Shown here piece after piece: positions 38,523 through 49,958 of a stretch of 64,000 nucleotides of DNA. The stretch spans positions 224,001 through 288,000 of the forward strand of contig CAVVUN010000012.1 of NCBI GenBank assembly GCA_963751455.1. Direction: 5' to 3'. The first letter of the stretch is position 1, and the number at the start of each line of letters is the position of its first letter. The translations under genes were made by a program, and so were the position numbers. The notes beneath the pieces are model-generated. The model ran no database searches. It was not told where the DNA came from and saw nothing but the letters and a program-made list of their open reading frames with translations. The DNA is from Nitrospirota bacterium. Its GTDB lineage: Bacteria > Nitrospirota > UBA9217.

Positions 38523-41500
38523 TTAAATAGGCCTCAACATCTCAGCTCTCAGCTTTTCTGTTTTTGAAGACGGCTTGATACCGAGCGTTTCATTCATCAC
38601 GAAGCTGCACTGGTTATAAATTCTCAGGACCTCCGACTCCAGCCCGAGCTTGTGATGGCAAATCATGAGATGTTGATAGAATTGCTCGGCCATACTATCT
38701 ATCTCAAGACCCTTCTGGAGAATCTGAACAGCCTTGTTCCACTCCCCGGTGCTCTCAAGGTGTTCGCAATATCTCGTAATAACGAAAATAAATTTATTCC
38801 GGAGGCGCTCCCGTTTGGCACCAGTGCCTAATTTATCGGAATCATGGGACAGAAAATGGCCTCGATAAATCTTCACGGCTTTCTCGGCCTGCGCGGCATT
38901 CGGAGGGGATGCGCTTTTGGCCTTGTCGAAAAGCCGTTCAAAAGCCCAGACATCAACCCAGCATTGTCCGGGATCGAGGCTCAGAAGCCCTTCCTTGAGA
39001 CGGATTGCTTTATCATTCCCTATTAACAGACGCAACCGATGCAGTGTAATGTCAAAAGATTTATGCGCCAGATCACCATCAGCATCGGGCCACAGGATAT
39101 CGGTCAGCTGTTCTTCGTGTACTTCCCGCCCTCCAAGGGCAATCAATACCTTGAGTAAAGCCAAAGGCTTTTGCTGAACTTTTCCGGAAAATATAACGGG
39201 TCCGTTCTCTTTGATGATTTCGAATTTACCGAACACATATATTCTTATTGGCCATGGCCACTCCTCGATCTCCACCAGGCGATCAGAGGGAACCAGGTTG
39301 CGTTTCCGGATAAGTTCACGTACATACTCGACCTCGATCCCGGCCTTGAGCGCCTTTTCGCACATCCAGACCAGAAAATAGGGAGGGAATACGCAAAAAT
39401 TTAAAAATTTCCCTTTGCCCCTCCCAATTGCAAGCCCTTTGCGAAGCAATTCAAAACCGTTTTCATCCGTGCCCTGATCAAAGGCGGATCTGGCCTCGCA
39501 GACCATGCATATGAATTCAATATAGGAGCAGTTCATTGCGATGGCCGAGGTTTTGGCAGCCGTAAGATGTCCGGCAGCTTCCTCGTGTTCATTTTTTTGA
39601 ATCAGTGAAAGCGCAAGCCCGGTTTGAAACATTGTCTCAGCCAGAATATAACCGGACTTCTTGGCCAGCTCCACAGCAACCCGTGCATAGCCCGCAGCCC
39701 GATCGAGGTCTTTGTGGTGTATAGCTTGAATATACAGCAGGTAATTGTAGAGAGCGACATCTATATAACTGGAGCTGTTGACGACGGCAGCGAGTTTATT
39801 CAGGCATTCCGATGCAGCGGGATAATTACACGATGTTAAATGACTGAATGCCGCCTCTGCGAGCAGCCTGAAATCCATCAGATGAATGCCGTTTGTTTCG
39901 GCAACATCCATGCCGTTCTTGACGGCGTTCAGGCAATCATTGTGTAAATTGGTGAACCAGCAATACCTGGCGAGCATTGCATACCAGGTAATCAAAGTGA
40001 GCGGCGGGCTCCCCCCCGAGTCTATAACAGGCTGCAATTCATTAATGATCTCTTCGGCCTTAGCAAAGTCCCCGAACAGCACCGCATAGTTGATGGCGAG
40101 CAGGCTTCCGTCATTTTATAATTCATATCAGGGACCGCCTGCATAAGCTCTCTTACATGGTCCTGCCATTTCGAAAAGTCCGGGTGCTGCGGCCGCCTGA
40201 ACATGAGGGCACTGAGCATCGCGGCTGCTGCTTGCGCTTCAACCTGAAATGAAGGGAATACCGGATAACGTACCAGGAGCTCCTCCATCTCGGAAATCCA
40301 GCGGTCAAGCGGTCTGAAATCTCCCCATGCATAAATATAAGTCGTAACCACCCCCGCCCAGGACAGGTAAAGGCCGGCAGGATCATTCCGGACCTTGAAC
40401 TGCACAAAGGCCCTCTCGAAACAAGAACGACTTTCAAGAATGTTGAAAGAAAGCCGGGAAGCGCCGAGCCAGTAGAGGAGCCAGGGTGAGGTATCAGTCT
40501 GCATTTGCGGAATGAAGCTGATCCATGTTTCCAAAGTCCTGTTCCGGCCCTGGGACAACAGAGAAGCTGCATTGTTCGTTATTAACCGGACAAGATCTTC
40601 ATATCTCCTCAACTCGACAAGAAGCAGCGCGGCATCCTCGACCATGTTCGATCGTTCCAGTATTTCTGCTGCAGCCATCTGTATTTTTTCCAGGTCCTCA
40701 CTGGAAAAAAAGGACTTTGCTTTTGTCGCCAGAAAATCCCTGAATAGGGAATGGTATTGATAAACAGGGAGGGCCAGGGAGCGTCTTTCCGTGAAATAGT
40801 GATTCCTGCTTAAATAGGCCAATTTCCTGCCTGCTTCCCGGTCTCCTGACACGTGTTCCGCCATGTGAGAATCCATTTTCGGAAGGAAGGCGGTCCTGAG
40901 TAAAAAATTTTGTATTTCCTCGTCCGCTTTCTCAAAAATTTCATTTGCAAAATAATCAAATATCTCATTCTCCTTCAATATATCCAGGGATTCGATATTG
41001 AAGCCGGCAGTCTTCCACCGCTCCAACAAGAGAACCAGTCCTGCAGCCCATCCTTCCACTTTTTGATAGAGGCTTTTTATATCCGCAGGGCTGACCTCTT
41101 TACGCTTTTGGCCCCGGATGAGCGTTTTTGTTTCATGGAGGCTGAAGCTGAGTTCGCCAAAACCGAGATATGATATTTTTTTATTGGCCCGGAGGCGTGC
41201 AAACGGTTTTAAAGGTTCAGCCCGGCTTATTATTATTACATTGATATGGTCGGGCAGTATTGACAGGCCTTCCTTGATCAACTCGTGTAACCGGGAATCA
41301 GCGGGAATCTCCTGATAGTTGTCGAATACGAGGACAAAAGGCGGTCTCAGTCTTCCATAAAGGTTTTCGAAAAACTTCCCGGCAAATATACTCAATGCCT
41401 GAAGGTATTCCGGAGATAAGATCGGAAGGGGCTTCCGGTAACGGGGCGCAGCCTTCTTTGCCGCCAGTCCCATATAATAAAAGAAGCCAGCTATATCCGA

Positions 41501-41713
41501 GTCCCCCCCGTCCACTTGATACCAGAGGCAGGGCAGCCTGCGCGCCTCAAGATAACTCGAGATAAGAGTAGTCTTGCCCGAACCGGCGGGACCGGCTACC
41601 CAGATTACCGGCTGTTTCCGGCTTTTATCGAGTTGTCTGAAGAGCCTCTCCCGCCGTAACACACCCGAAATTCCCGGCCGGGTTATTTTGGGTAATTGAA
41701 CATCATTTCTCAT
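38523..41713 (-). pseudogene. MalT-like STAND NTPase-TPR-wHTH-BTAD regulator with one frameshift (could be a sequencing error)
   Basis: GPAGSGKTT Walker A in 40022..41713; LWPDADGD..TLHRLR..WVDVWAF BTAD in 38523..40082; frames join near 40110. Confidence 0.85.
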
Positions 41714-41954
41714 GGCTGGGCATCCTTAATTCTCTTTTGAATGGTCTGAAATATCTGCTGCGTCGGGTATTTTTTTCTTCGTATACTTCAATGGTAGCAT
41801 AACTCAAATTATTCACAGGGCAAGCCATGCAAATTCACATAAAGTTTATGGATAATGCAAAAAAGTGGTCCAAGTTTCAATAGCACTTGTACCCATCCAA
41901 GTTCGCCCATCCTGAAAACCTCGTCCAAAAAAATAAGCTGATTAAAATTGCAAC

Positions 41955-42170
41955 TCCCCGCAGCAAGCTGCGGTGTCACCTTATGTGCTAAGCCCGAAGC
42001 GTGAAAGAGCGAACGGAAGTAAATAAAGGAAATCATTGCGCGTGGTCGATTCACTATCATATCGTATTTCCTGTGAAGTACCGAAAAGCGCTGCTCGATA
42101 GAGATGTGGTGAAAATAATCAGAGAGACTGCCATAGGAATCCAGGAAAGATTTGAAATAGAAATAGAGCG
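41955..42170 (+). mobile_element. tnpA: IS200/IS605 left end and truncated TnpA
   Basis: Hairpin ccgcagcaagctgcgg, then HCAWSIHYHIVFPVKYRKALL..IQERFEIEIE; stops before the HUH motif. Confidence 0.85.
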
Positions 42171-42191
42171 TCAAAAGATTGTCGTTATTTT

Positions 42192-42358
42192 GTAACTATT
42201 CAGCTTCTTTTCAGAACGGCATTAAGACAAATCTGAGAAAAAGCCTTCTATCCGCAGATTTCGCAGATGGACGCAGATTTTAAAACCAGAATTCAGGTTT
42301 TGTTTTTATCTGCGAAATCTGCGTGATCTGCGGATAAAAAAATGACCTGAGTAGTTAC
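42192..42358. mobile_element. 167-bp MITE with terminal inverted repeats and an 8-bp target duplication
   Basis: GTAACTATTCAG / CTGAGTAGTTAC; GTTATTTT on both sides; inner inverted CGCAGAT arrays. Confidence 0.85.
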
Positions 42359-42802
42359 GTTATTTTTTGGGTTTATCTGATGGATCTAGTCGTTTATCGA
42401 ACTCAAAATCTTCAATTTTGGTAATCGTAATGGACTTCATATCTGGGTGGGCAGGGAGTTTTCGGCGAGATGAGAAAACGTCTCAATGGTGTTCTCCCGA
42501 TGAGACGAGAATACTATTTTTAAGCGAATGGGGCAAGGGGAAATGTATCAATTTGCGGAGTTCGGAATGCGGATTGCGGAATGTTGGTGAACAAACGGAT
42601 TTGCGACGAAGCGGCCCACATTAATCCAGCTTAATGCTTCTCAGCTGTTCTGCAGACACGAAAAATGCATTTTTATCGACAGGAGCGACGAGAAACAACG
42701 TAAAAGCGAGGGAATAATAAATCAGACGCGGAGAAATTTCAATTGCGGATTGCTGAATGTTTAAGGCCGATCTATTGAGGCGACCGGACGACTGTTATGC
42801 AA

Positions 42803-44038
42803 TTAAAAAAAGATGTCCTCCGTGAATTCCTCGGGCACGGCATATCGGGGCGTAGTCACGGCAAGATATGACTTTACAAACTGAACGATCTTTTGCTTGG
42901 GCGATGTTTTGGAAAATACCTTTATGAGCTCTTTAAGCCCTGTGATCGCTTGCTGATAGTCTCGCGCCGTTTTCCTGATCTGCTGTATCCCTGAAGACTC
43001 TCGATATGGAGCCAATTCCGATACTTCCCGAAACCGGGGGTTTATGTACAACAGCTCCCGCTCCTGCTCGAGCGCCTCAACCTGTTCCTGAAGCGCTGAA
43101 ATATACAGCTTCAGCTGCTCCTCGGGAAGCGTCTCGAGGCCGCGGCCTTCCGATCTTACCCACTCCATCTCAAGCTTCAGGAGAACCGAAAGGTCCCGGC
43201 AGGAATACGCTGCCGTCACCTTTTTCATCAATTCCTCTTTTCTGCTCTTTTCGGCCGGATCAGTAACGGTGTCCGGGTGCAGGGCCTTGGCGAGGCATAG
43301 ATAGATGCTTCGCATGCTCTTCAGCGTATGCGCTTCCTCCTGTTTCCTCAGTTCCTCGCGCTCAAGCTGTTTTTTGGTCTGTTTCCTGCCCGTACGGCAC
43401 CCCGCCTGTTTTTGCTCGTTTTCTTCGAACTCGTTTTGCAGCCGCCTGGCAAAACGCGCAAACCCGTCGGCTGTGTCCTCGATCTCATCCGGGTCGATTT
43501 CAATCCCGAAGGCAGCCCGCGCATGCTCCGCCATTTCCCGCTTTACCGCGTCAGTCTGGACCTGGGCTTCTTCCCGGTAGCTGGTTTCCGACCATGCATC
43601 GTAAAATGCCTCGGTTTCCTTGTCCGGCTGGATCTCTACAAACGCTTCCTCGCAGAGATCGAGGACCACCGCGCGCACGTTTTCATACTGCCTCTTCCCG
43701 AACTTGATCGTCTTTGTCGAGGAGGCCAGGGCTTTTGCCACGGCGATGCGCTTTTCAGCAAGCACCCGCTTCCGCTCCGGGATTTCCGCAAAATAAACCT
43801 TAAGCAGAGCTTCGAGCTTTAGCGTCTCCGCCTGAATGATGTGCTGAAGCTGCTCGATCCGGTTCGTCAGCCTGTTGAACGTTATCTGGCTTTTCGAAAG
43901 CTTTTGGCTGCGGCCGGCGGCGATTTTCAGACTTTTTCTCTCCGGCTTTATTGCTTCCCGAAGTTCATCCTTATCGAATAAAGAATACGTTTCGTCGTCC
44001 ATCCCGGTCTCGCTTACTTTTGTTTTTCCGTCCGACAT
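42803..44038 (-). CDS. Coiled-coil protein with an internal J-domain-like HPD motif
   Basis: RSIYLCLAKALHPD..KEELMKKVTAAY..DL..LL.LE; start uncertain. Confidence 0.75.
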   Translation of the reverse strand: MSDGKTKVSETGMDDETYSLFDKDELREAIKPERKSLKIAAGRSQKLSKSQITFNRLTNRIEQLQHIIQAETLKLEALLKVYFAEIPERKRVLAEKRIAVAKALASSTKTIKFGKRQYENVRAVVLDLCEEAFVEIQPDKETEAFYDAWSETSYREEAQVQTDAVKREMAEHARAAFGIEIDPDEIEDTADGFARFARRLQNEFEENEQKQAGCRTGRKQTKKQLEREELRKQEEAHTLKSMRSIYLCLAKALHPDTVTDPAEKSRKEELMKKVTAAYSCRDLSVLLKLEMEWVRSEGRGLETLPEEQLKLYISALQEQVEALEQERELLYINPRFREVSELAPYRESSGIQQIRKTARDYQQAITGLKELIKVFSKTSPKQKIVQFVKSYLAVTTPRYAVPEEFTEDIFF

Positions 44039-44198
44039 TGGATATCGTAACACGGGATGGAAAAAAGAGTCAATAATAATATCGGGTGGTTCAGATAGGG
44101 GCAAGGGTCAAGTAGCCAGTAGAATGAGAGGGCTGACATAAAAGCGACGAGAACCGAATTGAGGCGACGTGACGCGGTGACGATTCAATTGCGGATTG

Positions 44199-45712
44199 TC
44201 ACACTGCTCGTCTTAATTGTTTCTCTGATGACGTAAATGTTTTCCTGTCTCTCTCGCAGATCGCCTGTATTGCCTTCCGGCCGGATAAGGCGTTCATAAA
44301 CAGAGCTCCGGCCGAGGTGACCCATTGTCCGACCATGTAGAAATCTGAGAGGCCCGGGAGCTTCATCTCCTGTTTTTTCCGGAACAGCGTATTGATCAGC
44401 GACGATTTTTTGTTCGGCATGTTGGCAAACCCGTGCGTTCCGCCCATGAACCGCTCCCACGTGATGATCGTCGGAACATCTATTACTTCAACCTGGCTTT
44501 TGAGCCCGGTGAAATATCGTTGCTCCAGGAGCTCGATGACCTGGCCTGCTATCTTTTGCTTCTCTTCATCATATCGTTGTCGGTCCGCGTACAGTTTCTT
44601 CCAGAAGGAATAGCTGGAAACGAGCTCGACCTTGATGATGCCTTTGCCCGCGGCTGCCATGGTTTTGTCGAACCCGTACATCTGCATCTCGAGGCTGAGA
44701 TGTTCGTGCCCGGCGATCTTGACCGGATTATCAAGCAGCATTACGAGGCTTGAAGGCTCCCGGCCAAGTTCCCGGTTCACGCCGAGGAAGACCTGGACCG
44801 CAAAGTTCGTCTCATCCGCGGGTTCCCCGCAGTAGTGCCTGATATGTTCATCAGTATATTTGTTCTCGAGCATCTGCACGATCGTCTTTCGTCCGTCCGC
44901 GTTCGAAATGACCAGATCGGCCCAATGTTCGGTCCCGTCAGCCAGCTTTATCCCCTTTGCATGATCATGCTGAACGAGTATCTTTTCCACGCGGCTGTTG
45001 TAATGTATCTCCCCGCCCAACTCCCGGTATCTCCGTTCAAGAGAACGGGCAAATTCGCGCGAACCGCCTATGGGCCATTGCAGCGCCCCGGTCAGGCCGT
45101 ACGCGTGCCGTACGAGGTGGATCATAAGAGGTATGTCCGGCATGGAATAGATAAGGAGCGGGAAGGCGCGCTTCAAAAACGGGTCGGAGAATTTCTGTCC
45201 GAACTCTCGCATGGTCGGCTTCACCCACGGAAGCACGGGCAGCATGTTTTTCGCGATCGTAAGGAACCCGCCCCCGCCGCTCATGATCAGTTCGCCCCAG
45301 ATGTCTCTTTTACTGAATGCCTTGATTGCCCTGATGTATTGCTTCGTGACATGCGAATCAAGGGGCGAAAAGGCATTGAGGTGCTCCTCGAGCCTGTTCA
45401 CGTCATAATAATCGTAAAAGATCCGGTCATCAGGAGAAAGAACGCTTGCGCATTCCTCGGTCCGGACCATCTCGCGCGGCATGGCGCCGAGCTCCTCCAG
45501 AGGGTATAAAGCTTCGAGCTGGGATTGCTTCCGAAGAAATGGTGAATACAGGCGTCGAACGTGTAGCCCTTGCGCTGCCAGGACGCGCATTGTCCGCCTG
45601 GCTTGGAATGCATTTCGAAAATACGCGTGTCATAGCCGTTCATCCTGCCGTAGATGCCGGCAGCAAGGCCGCCCATTCCCGCGCCGATGACGATTATGGA
45701 TTTATTCCCCAT
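44199..45712 (-). pseudogene. Phytoene desaturase-family FAD oxidoreductase with a single frameshift
   Basis: GAGMGGLAAG..GG....W.RKGYTFD in frame 1; WPIGGS..FYMVGQW in frame 2; one G missing near 45497. Confidence 0.85.
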
Positions 45713-45905
45713 GATTTAAGTATAGGTCAAACGAGAAAGGAAGAGAAACACGGACGTAAGACTTTACGCTGCAAGACCGAACTTCAAGATGCATGATCCA
45801 ATGATACACCATACAAGACGCAGGATGAAAAAGGCAGTAGACAGGAGACAGTGAAATAATGGTTCAGGGTAAAAAGTCGGATGAGTAGAACGTGCGGTCA
45901 AGAGG

Positions 45906-46322
45906 CTACACTTCGATTGCAGCAAGAAACTCTTCAGGCGTCATTACCGGAATACGATCGGCCTTGTAGTCCCGCTTGTTTCTCGTAATGACGTAATCAG
46001 CGCGCACCTGCAGCGCCGAATAATACTGTACGGCATCCTCGAAGTCCTTGAAGTCTGATGCAAGCGACAGACCAGCCACTTTTTCGTCGACTGCCGCTAT
46101 CGAAAAAACCATCTGGAGTTTTTCCAGTACCCGCAGAGCTTTCTCCCGTTTCACTTCCTTAGAAAGCAGATAAAACAGAATCGGAAAGCTCTGGGCCGAA
46201 AGAAACCCGAGCAGCTTCTTTTCCTCTATGAGCGCAAACAAACGCGCGGAGGGATTGTAAAAGGGTTCTCGTTTGAGAAATATATCGAGAATGAAGTTGA
46301 TATCACACAAGACTGACTTCAA
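45906..46322 (-). CDS. PIN domain toxin
   Basis: LCDINFILD, DFEDAVQY, ITRNKRDY. Confidence 0.92.
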   Translation of the reverse strand: MKSVLCDINFILDIFLKREPFYNPSARLFALIEEKKLLGFLSAQSFPILFYLLSKEVKREKALRVLEKLQMVFSIAAVDEKVAGLSLASDFKDFEDAVQYYSALQVRADYVITRNKRDYKADRIPVMTPEEFLAAIEV

Positions 46323-46567
46323 CGATACTTCTCCGAAAGATGCTTCCGGTATTCAGTCTTCGCTTTTTTCGCTCTGTTTTTGCCGGCAAGCACGCCTGCG
46401 ATTTCGTAAAGAACCGGTGTTTCCCTCACTTCGTGCTGTTCCATTTCTGCAACGGATTTAAAGTAGTCTTCAACCATGCGAGACAGGCTTACCCCTTTGG
46501 TCCGGGCCTTCTTTTTGGCTTTTTTGATGACTGTGTCATCCAATCTCAAAGTAAGCTTGGTACTCAT
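46319..46567 (-). CDS. DUF6364-like RHH antitoxin
   Basis: MSTKLTLRLD..IKKAK..A...G.SLSRMVEDYF; overlaps the PIN gene start. Confidence 0.85.
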   Translation of the reverse strand: MSTKLTLRLDDTVIKKAKKKARTKGVSLSRMVEDYFKSVAEMEQHEVRETPVLYEIAGVLAGKNRAKKAKTEYRKHLSEKYR

Positions 46568-46729
46568 TCTCCAATTCCTCCTGACGTACATATTTTATAA
46601 AATTAGACGTCTTTTGCCAAGTCCGAGGCGACGAAGAAGCGACGCGGGGACGCGGGGACGTTTGAGAGGCGACACGGAAACGCCGAAACCGTGAATCAGA
46701 CGAGAGCCGACACCCTATGAGCGCATGCA

Positions 46730-47554
46730 CTAATTTTTCTCCAAAAAATCGAGCACCCCTGCGTTGAAGGCCTCCGGATTCATCTGGTTCATGGGATGAG
46801 AAGCTTTAGGGATTGTTATGCTCTTATGCCGCTTGAAGCATTGCCGAAGCGACTCCGACATTAATTTATATATGCCGGCACTTTTTTCACCGGTCACAAA
46901 AAGGACGGGGCCTTCGAATTTACCAACCTCCGAACAGGTAAGCGGCTCATCGGCGTCCGCCTGCAGGCTTTTTAGAGACCATGCGTTGTCGCGAAATATT
47001 TCTTTTTGTATATCGGGAACTTTTTCCCATGCCCCGGGGTAATTAACAGCGTCCACGAACTGCTTTAATGCGTTATCCCGGTCGCCGCGCTGAAGGGCTG
47101 CCAGCGCGTCGCCGAATATTATTCTGTATTTCTCCATCCCCGCTCTCGTCTCCCGTGTTTCAGGCAGCATCGCATTTATGGGTGCCGGTTCAGCCAGGAC
47201 GAGCTTGCGCACGAGATCGGGCCGGGCCGCTGCCAGCAGCAAGGCAACATCAGCGCCCCGCGAATGTCCGACAACATGCACCTGGCCCGCATTCAATTGT
47301 TCGATGAACGAAGCCATATCCTCTACATGCTGCCTGAAGGAGCAGCCGCCTCCTTTGCCGTCCCATTGCTCAGGATAGCAATGCCGCAAGCTGACAGAGA
47401 CAGCACGATACTGTTCGCTGAACGGCCTCATCTGGGACGTCCAGTACCGATAGTCGCTGATGGCCCCGTGCACCAGTATCACGGGAACACCGCTGCCGCG
47501 CTCGACGTATGCCATGTCGTAGCCGTTCACCCGCATGGTCTTGTAAGAAAGCAT
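46730..47554 (-). CDS. Alpha/beta hydrolase
   Basis: LVHGA, GHSRG nucleophile elbow, C-terminal SHPM. Confidence 0.92.
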   Translation of the reverse strand: MLSYKTMRVNGYDMAYVERGSGVPVILVHGAISDYRYWTSQMRPFSEQYRAVSVSLRHCYPEQWDGKGGGCSFRQHVEDMASFIEQLNAGQVHVVGHSRGADVALLLAAARPDLVRKLVLAEPAPINAMLPETRETRAGMEKYRIIFGDALAALQRGDRDNALKQFVDAVNYPGAWEKVPDIQKEIFRDNAWSLKSLQADADEPLTCSEVGKFEGPVLFVTGEKSAGIYKLMSESLRQCFKRHKSITIPKASHPMNQMNPEAFNAGVLDFLEKN

Positions 47555-47703
47555 GGCACCTCATTCTGAAACGACCCTCTCCGGAATGTATCACTTCTAA
47601 TTCGCAATGCTATCGTGAGTTAAAAAAGCCGGTTTAAAATGATAACTTCATTTCAAACCGGCTTCATTTGCTCAGGCCCGGCAAGCGGGCTCATTACTTT
47701 GAT

Positions 47704-48399
47704 TTAAAGGGACTTGACGATTTCGTCAAGTGCGCGATTGAATGCGTCTCGCCATTCTCCGATCGTTTCCTCATTCACTGCTTTCACACCGGCGAGACCC
47801 AGCGTTTTATTACCGACCATGTCAACCCGTTTTGTGTTCACCTTGTTTCCGCTGCTGTCCCATACCGTCAAGATGTTCTTGGTAAGCGCCTTGGTCGTAG
47901 GAACAAAGCCGCCGGTTTTTGCGGTCCATTCGGAGAAAATCAGTACCACGGCATCGACCTTCAATGCGGCACAGAGCTCCTTGGCTTTTTCCGCTTCAAT
48001 TATTCCGCCCTTAATTTCCTTGCTCACCTGAGTAAATACCGGCATTTCTTTTCCATTCAGGTTCGGCACGTATACGGTCAATGTTTTTTCCACGCCGGGT
48101 TTTCGGTAGCCGGGGCTATCAATAAAGCTGGATACTTTTTCCATGGTCCACTTGCTTCCCAGTTTTTTCTCGGCATCATCGAGCATGTTGTTAACCGCGC
48201 CAGTGATCAGTTTCGAGACCGGAGTGCTGCCGACACTGCCGGAGTTTACAGAGCCGCCCACGTCACTCACGGTGAGAGAGACGATGGCAACTTTATTAAA
48301 CTTCGGGCTCTCTTTAGCAAGAACGGTTGAGCTTAAAACAAAACAGGACAGGGTTAGCAGTGAACACAGCATTGCCGGTTTCCAAATACATTTTATCAT
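47704..48399 (-). CDS. Exported hypothetical protein
   Basis: RBS AGGAGG, signal peptide, KELCAALKVDAVV alpha/beta pattern. Confidence 0.75.
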   Translation of the reverse strand: MIKCIWKPAMLCSLLTLSCFVLSSTVLAKESPKFNKVAIVSLTVSDVGGSVNSGSVGSTPVSKLITGAVNNMLDDAEKKLGSKWTMEKVSSFIDSPGYRKPGVEKTLTVYVPNLNGKEMPVFTQVSKEIKGGIIEAEKAKELCAALKVDAVVLIFSEWTAKTGGFVPTTKALTKNILTVWDSSGNKVNTKRVDMVGNKTLGLAGVKAVNEETIGEWRDAFNRALDEIVKSL

Positions 48400-48626
48400 G
48401 ATTTCTCCTCCTTGTTTTAAATATCATGAATTGTGCTCATGGATGGGTAGCTTGATTATACTTATATGCAATTTGTTGTCAAGAACTCAATGTTGAATGG
48501 TTTAGTGGTTGAGAGGTTGAGTGGGCGGTGAGGCGCAGAGCGCATAGAGCATGGTGAAATGGACGGTGCATCTGAATGTAGAATTGGTACCACCAACTAA
48601 ATATGCCTATTGTTCTTCATTGCTGT

Positions 48627-49331
48627 TCAGTATACAAAGGGAATGAGTCGCCACGATCTGCGAGAATAAGACTCCCAAGCCGGCCCGAATTCCTCATGCA
48701 TGAGAGCTTCTTCATCGTGGATACGCCAAAGGAGAACCAGGGTCATGGCCAGGACGAGAAGCAGCGTCAGCCATGAACGAAAGACCAAAGAGATCCCGAT
48801 GGAAAATAATAGTATGCCGAGATATCTGGGATGGCGCAGATATTGGTAAAGACCGTCCGTGACGAGCTTATGATCAGCTTGAATGGTGACCTCCATGCTG
48901 AACAATTTTCCCAGTTTAGCCTCTGCCCAGGTCGTGAGTATTAATCCAATAGAAAACAAAACAAGACCGGGATATCGGATTATCTGCGCATCATCACTCA
49001 GTACGGCGATACTCCTGTGGTCGGAATAGGGAGCGACTATGACAATCGCCAGGCTGAAGGCCTGCATCAAGAGAACAGCCACTCGCTGCCTGCGCACCGT
49101 CTTTTCGCCGGCGCGACTCCGTCCGACCTCCGGGAATTTGACCACGATGAACAGCTGCACCAGGACTACCAGCACGATGTAGCCAAGCCGCGCAGGGTTA
49201 GTGATAAAACCGCGTATATCATTCACACCCCATCCCAGAAGCGGCAGTCCGGCGAACATCACGACTCCGATCAACAGCATTAGTGAAGAGCGAACAGTGG
49301 TCGACATAAAACAAGACCTCCGAGGGTCCAT
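48627..49331 (-). CDS. Isoprenylcysteine carboxyl methyltransferase (ICMT/PEMT) family membrane protein
   Basis: HKLVTDGLYQYLRHPRYLG, RIHDEEALM..FG..W..Y. Confidence 0.92.
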   Translation of the reverse strand: MDPRRSCFMSTTVRSSLMLLIGVVMFAGLPLLGWGVNDIRGFITNPARLGYIVLVVLVQLFIVVKFPEVGRSRAGEKTVRRQRVAVLLMQAFSLAIVIVAPYSDHRSIAVLSDDAQIIRYPGLVLFSIGLILTTWAEAKLGKLFSMEVTIQADHKLVTDGLYQYLRHPRYLGILLFSIGISLVFRSWLTLLLVLAMTLVLLWRIHDEEALMHEEFGPAWESYSRRSWRLIPFVY

Positions 49332-49481
49332 TTAAAGGATACTGTCAAGGGCAAAACGCAGCCTAATGACGAGAAACGAAACGTTTCTCGTCGAGCTTCT
49401 CAGTCATCCTCATCAGTACCGTTACCTCCCTTGGACCCCGAATGCAGCCCGGGTCCGTTCATAGAACCGTGAACGTATTCT

Positions 49482-49931
49482 CTACTTCTCTTTTCTTTTA
49501 TACACATCCGGATCCAGGATTGCCATCAACCGTTCCATTGCCGGCGTGTCCGCCACTTTTTGGAAACCGTATTTCCGGTACAGGTCATGGGCGTCCTTTG
49601 TCCCGAGGAACCACAAGCGCAGGCCTTCGAGCTCGGGGTGATCGACAATGGTTCTGACCAGCCTTTTTCCCAGTCCCCTGCCCCTGTACGATTCAATGAT
49701 AAAGACATCGCCAACATACGCGGTAGTCGCATAATCGGTGATGACCCGGCCGAAGCCGACCTGCTTTCCCTGATGATACAAACCGAAGCAGAGGGCATTC
49801 TCAATCGATTTTTTCAGGACGTTAAAGGGAATATCCTTTGCCCAGTACGATTGGTTTGCGAGGAAATCGTGAATCAGCGCAAGATCGAGCTTCGTTTTGT
49901 CAGTGCTTATTTCGTATTCGTTTTCGTCCAT
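49482..49931 (-). CDS. GNAT N-acetyltransferase
   Basis: QVGFGRVITD, YRGRGLGK, DAHDLYRKYGF. Confidence 0.93.
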   Translation of the reverse strand: MDENEYEISTDKTKLDLALIHDFLANQSYWAKDIPFNVLKKSIENALCFGLYHQGKQVGFGRVITDYATTAYVGDVFIIESYRGRGLGKRLVRTIVDHPELEGLRLWFLGTKDAHDLYRKYGFQKVADTPAMERLMAILDPDVYKRKEK

Positions 49932-49958
49932 AGCACACTGTCTCGAAACGATATTGTT

